Assembly (NCBI GenBank): GCA_963702095.1
Contig: OY969706.1
Location: 2,816,001-2,880,000 of the forward strand
Source of the DNA: Candidatus Bathyarchaeota archaeon
GTDB taxonomy: Archaea; Thermoproteota; Bathyarchaeia; Bathyarchaeales; Bathycorpusculaceae
Direction: 5' to 3'
Length of the DNA stretch: 64,000 nt
Below are positions 56,780-64,000 of this stretch, one piece after another. The position numbers and the translations under genes were made by a program. A model generated the notes under the pieces. The model did no database searches and was not told the DNA's origin. It was given only the letters and a program-made list of their open reading frames with translations. Position 1 is the first letter of the stretch, and every line of letters starts with the position of its first letter.

Positions 56780-57700
56780 TTATGACTGTTCTTTAGCCAA
56801 CTTTGTCTTGGCGTATTCGACGAAGCCACGGACACAGTTTTCCAGCACTGTCTTCTTGTAAATGGGGTGGTCTTTGACGTAGGTCTGTATTTGTGTCATA
56901 ACTGGGTCAGCTTTGATTATGTCGTCGCGGATTTGCTCGAGGGATTTGTTGGCTTTGACGCCTGCTTCGGCAACATTTGCCCAGAGTTGAAGCTGCACCT
57001 TGTAGGCTTTGAGGCGCTCGATGGCGTGGTCTGCTTTGCCGAAATGGCTAAAGTAGAGTGCCGTAGGCTGTAGGGCAATGAGTTTATCAAGCGACGCCAA
57101 CGCGGATTCAAGATAAAACGGAGGCGGCGTAGTCGGAACCACCACCCCGCATTCTGGCAGGTAGGTGCCTGCGGCGTCGCCGGGAAACACTCCGCAGTTA
57201 AAAGGCTCCTGAAAACTGAGGTTGTGCGAGGCATGCCCCAAGGTTTCGGTAACCAGAAGCTTGTTGCCGCCGCCCAGGTCGATGTTGCCCTCGGTCATGG
57301 TGATTATGCGGTCCTTGGGGACAGGTTCGGGTTTGCCGAAGACTTCGCTGACGTAGCCAAGCACTGCCTGCGAGGAAGGCCACAACCGTTCGGGGTCGAT
57401 TAGGTGGGGTGCGCCGCGTAGGTGCACGATGACTTTGGCGTTTGGCAGCGACTTGAGTAATGTGCCTGCTCCGCCGCCGTGGTCAAGGTGAACATGGGTA
57501 ACCGCCACGTACTGGACTAATTCAGGTTTAATATTTAGTTCCTGCAGGGCACTGAGGAGCCGCGGCACCGAATTGGTCTGCCTAGACTCCACAAGCAAAG
57601 GGGTTTCGCCGCACAGGATGTAGCTGCATATGAGTTGTTTGATGCCGCCTGTTTCAAGTTCAACTTGGTAGAGGTTTCTTCCAATTTGCTTGGTATGCAT
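56780..57700 (-). CDS. MBL-fold metallo-hydrolase
   Basis: THVHLDHGGG, GHASH, GDAAG, SHFG. Confidence 0.9.
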   Translation of the reverse strand: MHTKQIGRNLYQVELETGGIKQLICSYILCGETPLLVESRQTNSVPRLLSALQELNIKPELVQYVAVTHVHLDHGGGAGTLLKSLPNAKVIVHLRGAPHLIDPERLWPSSQAVLGYVSEVFGKPEPVPKDRIITMTEGNIDLGGGNKLLVTETLGHASHNLSFQEPFNCGVFPGDAAGTYLPECGVVVPTTPPPFYLESALASLDKLIALQPTALYFSHFGKADHAIERLKAYKVQLQLWANVAEAGVKANKSLEQIRDDIIKADPVMTQIQTYVKDHPIYKKTVLENCVRGFVEYAKTKLAKEQS

Positions 57701-57832
57701 AATGGTTCGCCAGAATAATGGTGAAAGAGTATTTTGAAGCATAAACTTTTCCACCAAAAATCCACAAAAAAGATCTCTAAATTTCCCAAAGTTGCTGAGT
57801 CGGTTTACCTAATGCCTGACTGTTGAAGGTAA

Positions 57833-58387
57833 TTATTCTGCTTCTTGAGATAGCCCTTCTTTTTCGGAAAGTGAAATCGGCGGAATTCCTTTATTGACCG
57901 GAATTTCCTTTAGAGTCATAGAGGCTGCTTTTTTGGTTTGTGCGTTTGCCCACAAATCAAGAGCCAACATGATTAAGTAGGGAATGGCTAAGTATAATCC
58001 TGCCAAAAAGGGGTTACTTAAAAATGCTACAACAGTGAACAACTGCGTAATGTCAAATTGAGTGTAGGTCAAAAGTAAGCCCTGTATTGAAAGCGCCAAA
58101 ACAGCCAATATCAAGCAAACCGTGTATTGGACTAAAATGCTTCTCTTTTTGCCCAAAAGCAACGCGGGAATAACAGAAGATAAAACAAAGATCCAAGTAA
58201 AGGCGTAAATAAAAACAATCAAGTCGATGTTTTGGCTGATCCATAATGCTACGGTTGGAGAGACATAGTTAACGTAGACTGCTACGGTTTTAACGGCGGT
58301 ATCAGTAAATAATTGGTAAGTTACGGTTAATATCCATGAAATAGATAAATACACGGGAGTCAAAACACCCGCTTTAATTTCAAGCAC
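57833..58387 (-). CDS. Hypothetical membrane protein
   Basis: Four hydrophobic segments. Confidence 0.7.
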   Translation of the reverse strand: MLEIKAGVLTPVYLSISWILTVTYQLFTDTAVKTVAVYVNYVSPTVALWISQNIDLIVFIYAFTWIFVLSSVIPALLLGKKRSILVQYTVCLILAVLALSIQGLLLTYTQFDITQLFTVVAFLSNPFLAGLYLAIPYLIMLALDLWANAQTKKAASMTLKEIPVNKGIPPISLSEKEGLSQEAE

Positions 58388-58534
58388 TCTCCTAGGGATA
58401 CTTACTTAAAACCGAGTGATAGTATTCTTATCAATCTGGCACTTAATAACATATGTGACTACTCACCAACTACAACAGAAGGCTGTATTTCATTCAGTAA
58501 GTAGCCATGATAGTTTAATTTAAAGTATTCACGT

Positions 58535-59734
58535 CTAAACTACGCAATTGTTGGCTGCTGGGTCATCCGCTTTTGGCTCTTGAACAGCTTTTCTTCCAGC
58601 AACAAAAGGAATGATTAGAGAAACAATTAACGTCGCAACAATCACTAAAGAGAAACCCGCCTCACTCAAGAAACCTTCGCTTAAAGCTACCGTTGCGATA
58701 ACTATGCCGATGGCACCTTTCCCCCCAAGAATACCCGCCAACTGTTTAGGAACCAAATCCACCTTAGATAAGACTCTTTTTGAGGTAAGATAAGTCAAAG
58801 AAACCCCCACACCCAACGCTATTGCTATGAGCAAAGCCATGCCGACATAGAAAAGGTAGTCTATCCCAGACAACATCACTTCAACCCCTGCAAAACCAAA
58901 GAAGAGGGGAACAAAGAAAATACTATTCATGGTGGAAAGCGTCTGAGAAATTCTGTCACAAGCTTTTCTTCCAATCAAGCCATCATGTAAAAATAACCCT
59001 GCAAAGAAAGCGCCTAAAATATAGCTCAGACCAATGTTTTGGAAGACAGCTGAAATGAGTAGGGCAATAACGATTAGTAAGGCAAACGCAAAGTCTTGTC
59101 TCTTGAAAAATTTTCCCGCTCGGGCTAAAAATTTTTGGAATAATTCTGGTTTTCGATTTAACAAGAAATCTGAGACAGCATAGAAGCCTATGAAAAGGCA
59201 AACTTCAAGTGAAATTTTCTATTGGTCTTAAAATTCCTGCAAGGAAAATAAACGCTAACACATCCGATATAGTGACAGGCGCAAGCATAATTTGTCCAGC
59301 GGTTGTTTTGATCAGGTTATACTGCCAAATAAGAACGGAAACTATGGAAAGTGAAGGCACAGCAATTGCCAGGGCAAGGACAAAAATCTCTGAAGTGCCG
59401 AAAGGAAAGATAAGCAGCGCTATAAGCACCATCAAAACCAGTGGAATCAAAAAACTGGTAATTGAGATCAAAGAGGCAACTCGGAGTCTTCCCTGTATCA
59501 TTTGTGTTTTCATTTCAAAGCCGATATGAAATATTATGAAGAACAAAGCGATTGATGAGATGGCTCTTAAGGGGTCGTCGGCAACGACTAAGCCAAGCAG
59601 AGAGGGACCAATTATCATTCCGCTTAGGATTTCTCCAACAACCGAGGGAAGGCGAAAACGCTCGAAAAGTTCACCCAATAAGATTGCGGCGGCTAGAACA
59701 ATGAGGATATCGGTTATAATGCTAACGGTTCCAC
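58535..59734 (-). pseudogene. Cation:proton antiporter (CPA2/KefB-like), frameshifted
   Basis: PSVVGEILSGMIIGP in 59205-59678 and ILGAFFAG / FVPLFF in 58535-59164 are in different frames; a second shift near 59727 separates GTG 59734 from VSIITDIL. Confidence 0.8.
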
Positions 59735-59867
59735 GTGAATCGTTATTACTCTGGTAAAGGGCTATTTCTTATTTGTGACCGTAAATACAGGCATTATTTG
59801 ATCTGAACGTAAGAATTAATTTATACACCTACGGAACCTTAGTAATGAAAACTGTGGGTAGAATATT

Positions 59868-60215
59868 ATGGCTGTCTTTTCAGTATCAACCTATGTTGTT
59901 AAACCCGACAAGCGCAAAGAGCATACAGCTTGGGGCAAGGCTCTTGTTGCATCCATGAAGGAGCAACCTGGACTGTTTAAGGAAGTTAGGAGCCTTCGTG
60001 TGCTTAGCCAAAAAGACGGCGACACCAGAAGATACCTTGCCATCTGGGAATTCAAAAACCAAGCAGACCTCAAAAACTGGCGCAAGAAGCTTCAAAAACT
60101 CAAGGAAGGAACTGATTTAACCTCCGATTTCCCGTCTCTGATAGAGCCCGACACTTTTTCAAACAACACATGGAAACCTGTCAAGTCAATGCGGAGAGTG
60201 CACCCTTCCCAGTAG
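59868..60215 (+). CDS. Dimeric alpha-beta barrel (ABM/NIPSNAP-like) protein
   Basis: YVVKPDK...PG...YLAIWEFKN pattern. Confidence 0.6.
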   Translation: MAVFSVSTYVVKPDKRKEHTAWGKALVASMKEQPGLFKEVRSLRVLSQKDGDTRRYLAIWEFKNQADLKNWRKKLQKLKEGTDLTSDFPSLIEPDTFSNNTWKPVKSMRRVHPSQ

Positions 60216-60299
60216 CAAGACCCAGAAGAAACAGTGCAGACAACAAACCTTAATTATCAAATCCTTTCTAAAACAAGCAATTAACAGGTGAAAAATTAA

Positions 60300-60953
60300 G
60301 TGAAAGCTATTATCTTTGGTGCGCCAGGCGCGGGGAAAGGCACGTATTCCTCGAGGCTGCAGGCTAAGCTTGGCGTCGACGTTATCGCCATGGGAGACAT
60401 TTTCCGTGAATCCGTTAAACAGGACTCTGCTTTGGGCAGAAAAGTCAAAAGCTACGTTGAAAAGGGCGCTTTGGTCCCAGACGACGTAGTCGTGGAAGTC
60501 CTAAAAGACCGCTTGGCAAAAGTGCCCAAGGGCAAAGGTTTTATCCTCGACGGGTTCCCACGCACCATCGAACAAGCCAAAACCTTGGAAGGCATCACCA
60601 AAATCGACGTTATCCTGCAACTCGACGTCCCAGACGAAATCATCATCCAACGCCTCAGCTCCAGACGCATTTGCAAGAAATGCGGCGAAGTCTACAACAT
60701 CCGCTTCTTAAAACCCAAAGTGGAAGGCGTCTGCGACAAATGCGGAGGCGAACTCTACCAACGTGCAGACGACAACCCTGAAGTCATCAAAAATCGCTTA
60801 CAAGTCTACAAGGACCAGACTGAACCGTTGATCGAATACTACAAGGAAAAGAATGTTCCCTTCGTCGTCAGCGGCACTAAAACGCTGGATTCGCCGCCTG
60901 ACCCAATGGTCGCCAAGATGCTAGATGACCTAAAGAAATTGGGCATCAGCTAA
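60300..60953 (+). CDS. adk: Adenylate kinase (bacterial type with Zn-binding LID)
   Basis: GAPGAGKGT, GFILDGFPRT, CKKCG..CDKCG, QRADD. Confidence 0.95.
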   Translation: MKAIIFGAPGAGKGTYSSRLQAKLGVDVIAMGDIFRESVKQDSALGRKVKSYVEKGALVPDDVVVEVLKDRLAKVPKGKGFILDGFPRTIEQAKTLEGITKIDVILQLDVPDEIIIQRLSSRRICKKCGEVYNIRFLKPKVEGVCDKCGGELYQRADDNPEVIKNRLQVYKDQTEPLIEYYKEKNVPFVVSGTKTLDSPPDPMVAKMLDDLKKLGIS

Positions 60954-61417
60954 ATATCAAGGATAAACTCCAAGATCACCCGTTCGGGTTCGCGAATAAC
61001 AACCATAAGGTGGTAGGTTACCGCTTTCACCCCGACTTTTTGAGGGTGTTTTTTGGGGTCAAACTTTTCTCCCCACACCTTCGCTTTGAACTTGAAGGTT
61101 TCAGCGGTTTCTTTCCAATCGCTAATTCCAAATCGACTGTAGAGCATGCCTTCGGTTTCAAATTTTACCAACAGAGCCTCAAGCCAATTGTAGAGCAAAG
61201 CATACTGATCTTCAGCTTCTACCTCTAAGGACTCCTCGGTGGTCTGGGCGATTTCGGTGCTGTCCGTCATCGTTTCAAACATGGCCAAAGCCGCGTTCTG
61301 GTAGGCTTCTTCCATATTAACTCCATGCGCACGAACGTAGACGTCGGCGGTGTGCTCCAGAAACTCAAATTTACCCGCAAATTTGTCGGGTTGCGTTTTT
61401 TTGTCCTGTTTGCTCAT
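60950..61417 (-). CDS. Archease
   Basis: FEFLEHTAD, KAVTYH, C-terminal LDI. Confidence 0.93.
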   Translation of the reverse strand: MSKQDKKTQPDKFAGKFEFLEHTADVYVRAHGVNMEEAYQNAALAMFETMTDSTEIAQTTEESLEVEAEDQYALLYNWLEALLVKFETEGMLYSRFGISDWKETAETFKFKAKVWGEKFDPKKHPQKVGVKAVTYHLMVVIREPERVILEFILDI

Positions 61418-61481
61418 GCCCAGTAACCTGCTTAAGAACAAGAGGAGTGCGAGGTAAAAACAGTTTCCCCCAAAAAAACGG

Positions 61482-61943
61482 TTAGAGCCTGCTAATCTTT
61501 TCGAGTGCAAGGTAGCTTTCTACTACCGAGCAGATCAGTTTATGGCAAACTTTTTCGAACGCCTTGTTTTCACGTGCCTTGGCCGCCTGCGCTGGATCAG
61601 ATAAGTCATATCCAAAGAGGTCTCCACACATTACGGTGCCATGCTGCTTCTCAAACTGCTTAAACAGGGCCTTAGCAGCGGCGTAAGCCTCTGCACGTTT
61701 CTCAACGCCAACCTCGTTGGTGCCATATTTTATGCCGACTGCCATTAATCCGCCTGTTAATGCACCGCAGACTGAACCACACCTTCCTATGCCGCCGCCA
61801 AACCCAGTGGCAATCTTGGGTATAAGCTCATTTTTGCTTTGGGGATCAATGTGCTCTGCCAATGTTAACAGGACACTCTGTGCGCAGTTGTAGCCGCCTC
61901 GAAAGTAAGTCACGGCTTTTTGGCATAGCTCTTCGTTTGACAT
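61482..61943 (-). CDS. C_GCAxxG_C_C family redox protein
   Basis: NCAQSV, GFGGG, CGALTGG, two further Cys. Confidence 0.88.
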   Translation of the reverse strand: MSNEELCQKAVTYFRGGYNCAQSVLLTLAEHIDPQSKNELIPKIATGFGGGIGRCGSVCGALTGGLMAVGIKYGTNEVGVEKRAEAYAAAKALFKQFEKQHGTVMCGDLFGYDLSDPAQAAKARENKAFEKVCHKLICSVVESYLALEKISRL

Positions 61944-61956
61944 GGTTTTGGCTTCG

Positions 61957-63000
61957 CTAGAAGTATTTGGTGGCTTTCTCTATGGCTGTAGCGGTGAGTT
62001 TGGCGCAGTTTTCGATGTCTTTTAAGTTTAGGATGCCGACGGGGCTGTGAATGTAGCGGGTGGGGATGGAGATGTTTCCGCTTGGAATCCCCTGCCTTGT
62101 GAGGCTTATGCGTGCGGCGTCAGTGCTGCCCAATAAGCCAGATTCGATTTGGAACGGAATCTTTTCTTTTTCCGCCGTTTCGGTGAGCCACCGCAAAATT
62201 TTGGGGTGAGTAATCAAGCCGGAGTCGCTAATGGTGAGTGCCGGTCCCTTGCCCATTTTTACGCTTGTATCGTATTCCCGTACGCCTGGCACGTCGCCTG
62301 CGATGGTTACGTCCAACGCAATTGCTAAGTCGGGGTCAACGCCGAAAGCCGCCACAGCTGCCCCACGCAACCCCACCTCTTCCTGCACAGTGCCCACAGC
62401 GCAGACAGTGCACTCGGTTTTTTGCAGCAGTTTCATGGCTTCAACCATGACTACGCATCCAGCGCGGTTATCAAACGCTTTACCCATCGCCACATCGCCG
62501 CCCAACTTGGCATATTGGACGTTAAACGCGATTGGGTCGCCGACTGCCACACCCATTTTGACCGCGTCTTCTTTGCTTTCTGCGCCGATGTCTATGAAGA
62601 GGTCGTCGAAGGTGATGATTTTTTTGCGTTCCTCCTCTTTCTGGATATGTGGAGGCTTGGAGCCGATGACACCCTGGTACGCGGTTTCTCTGGTGTAGAC
62701 AACGACCCTCTGTGCGGGTAAGATGCGGTCGTCGATGCCGCCCATTTTGCTGAATTGTATGAAGCCTTCTTTGGTTAGGGTTTTCACCATTAACCCGACT
62801 TCATCCATATGTGCCGCCAACATGATTTTGGGGGCTTTAGCTGCGCCTTTTTTGATGGCTATGACGTTTTCCATTCGGTCAAATTGGATTTCGTCTGCGT
62901 AGGGCTTTAGCATTTCTGCGAGGAGGTCTCGGACTTGGGTTTCTCTGCCCGTGACTCCGCAGGCGTTTGAAAGTTTCTCTAAGTTCTGGTTCAACGACAA
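61957..63000 (-). CDS. M42 family aminopeptidase (TET)
   Basis: AAHMDE, KAFDNRAG, QEEVGLRGA, RYIHSP. Confidence 0.95.
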   Translation of the reverse strand: MSLNQNLEKLSNACGVTGRETQVRDLLAEMLKPYADEIQFDRMENVIAIKKGAAKAPKIMLAAHMDEVGLMVKTLTKEGFIQFSKMGGIDDRILPAQRVVVYTRETAYQGVIGSKPPHIQKEEERKKIITFDDLFIDIGAESKEDAVKMGVAVGDPIAFNVQYAKLGGDVAMGKAFDNRAGCVVMVEAMKLLQKTECTVCAVGTVQEEVGLRGAAVAAFGVDPDLAIALDVTIAGDVPGVREYDTSVKMGKGPALTISDSGLITHPKILRWLTETAEKEKIPFQIESGLLGSTDAARISLTRQGIPSGNISIPTRYIHSPVGILNLKDIENCAKLTATAIEKATKYF

Positions 63001-63092
63001 ATCCGTGTGCCTTCTGTTTGTGTGGGGTAAGGTGAGAGATGTTAATTATTAAACGGTTACGGTTGGGTCATCATAGGCGGAGAGTGCAACAT

Positions 63093-63219
63093 GCGCTTGT
63101 AGTTTACTCCACATCTAGACCGCAATACGTTTCCGTTGCAGAACGCAAAACAAAGCCGTCCGCCAAGTCCGCTGGTAGATGATGAGTAAGGGGCGCTCTG
63201 CCTTCATCTAACAATAGAA
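63093..63219 (-). repeat. Dispersed 127-bp intergenic repeat, family 1, copy C
   Basis: Reverse complement matches 4964-5090 without gaps; about 7 mismatches in the first 90 nt. Confidence 0.92.
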
Positions 63220-63343
63220 CAACTAAAAGCTCGAAATTTTGATCCGCTGTTATAGGACATAGCGAGATTGCGCCTAAATTAGGCTGTGGTAAAGTTAAAT
63301 AGCACATATCCCCAGTTAGAGAATTAACCCACAGTGACCCCAA

Positions 63344-64000
63344 ATGTTAGATATCAAGCTTATCCGCGAAAACCCCGCGCTTGTCAGAGAAAACTTGGCG
63401 AAACGCAACAGCCCCGAATGCCTCCAAATGCTCGACGACCTAATCGCCCTCGACAAAGATTGGCGCCTAAACAACACCAAACTAAACGACCTCCGACACG
63501 ACCGCAAACAATGCACCATAGAAATCGCTAAACTAAAAAAAGCCGGCAAAGAAGCCGACGACGAAGTCTACAAGGCACAGGATATCGACCAAAAAATCAA
63601 ATTGATAGAGAAACAAGTCAGCGCGCAAGAAACAAAAATCCGCACTTATCTGCTCACCTTGCCCAACCTCCTTGACCCCACAGTGCCCTATGGCAAAGAC
63701 TCAAACGACAACGTCACAGTCAAAAAATGGGGCACCATCCCCCAGTTCACCTTCCCAGTGAAAAACCACATTGACCTCGCCATTGCGCTTGATCAAGTGG
63801 ACATGGAGCGGGCGGGCAAAGTGGCTGGTGCACGGTTTTTCTACCTCAAAAACGACGTAGCCAGACTTGACATGGCACTCATGTGTTTCGCCATCGACGA
63901 ACTCTCCAAGAAAGGCTACAGTGCAATAGTTCCGCCCTACCTTATGACGCGGGAAGCTTATGAAGGCGTGACTTCACTGGCGGATTTCGCAGATGTCCTC
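63344..64000 (+). CDS. serS: Serine--tRNA ligase, N-terminal part (runs off window)
   Basis: MLDIKLIRENP...coiled-coil arm...LPNLLDPTVPYGKDSNDN...KVAGARFFYLK. Confidence 0.95.
   Translation, partial: MLDIKLIRENPALVRENLAKRNSPECLQMLDDLIALDKDWRLNNTKLNDLRHDRKQCTIEIAKLKKAGKEADDEVYKAQDIDQKIKLIEKQVSAQETKIRTYLLTLPNLLDPTVPYGKDSNDNVTVKKWGTIPQFTFPVKNHIDLAIALDQVDMERAGKVAGARFFYLKNDVARLDMALMCFAIDELSKKGYSAIVPPYLMTREAYEGVTSLADFADVL

Noticed and set aside
56780-57700. Atypical residues in the MBL hydrolase (VESRQT, VHLRG) suggesting inactivation
   Set aside because: Metal-binding motifs and frame are intact; cannot distinguish from ordinary variation or base-call error
1-64000. CRISPR array, cas genes, rRNA, integrase or transposase
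   Set aside because: No regularly spaced direct repeats or matching motifs found by eye

Overview
Archaeal chromosome segment, most consistent with a TACK archaeon such as Bathyarchaeia. This is inferred from S25e, Nop10/Gar1/L7Ae, the GINS23-MCM pair, tetraether synthase, an H4MPT-type Mtd, a PAS-rich histidine kinase and GGTGA/GGAGG ribosome-binding sites. Most of the window is housekeeping: aIF2a-nop10-PAC2, gins23-mcm-wecB, gdh, HD dNTPase/tmk, a dapA-dapB-asd-lysA-dapF-dapL lysine operon, rpl7ae-rps28e-rpl24e, gar1-tfb, tes-rps25e, trpB2/trpY, P-type H+-ATPase-treT-ppsA, thermosome-rpoK, rtcB-pyrC, adk, archease, a TET peptidase and serS. Signals not explained by standard annotation: (1) three ungapped 127-bp copies of a dispersed intergenic repeat (4964, 30030, 63093); (2) a second ~270-bp structured repeat in inverted orientation flanking rpoK-thermosome, whose 3' end resembles the archaeal RNase P RNA 3' motif; (3) a VapBC toxin-antitoxin mini-island between tRNA-Glu and a decayed copy of its 3' part; (4) an HTH protein with three Cys paired with a WCP-motif membrane protein behind a triple-palindrome operator, a candidate archaeal regulator/membrane anti-regulator system; (5) an extreme A/C versus G/T synonymous skew that appears to flip at promoter regions; (6) TRP boxes between trpY and trpB2. 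Three genes carry frameshifts or deletions (real decay or assembly error). No CRISPR array, rRNA, integrase or transposase was seen. All alignments and folds were done by eye.
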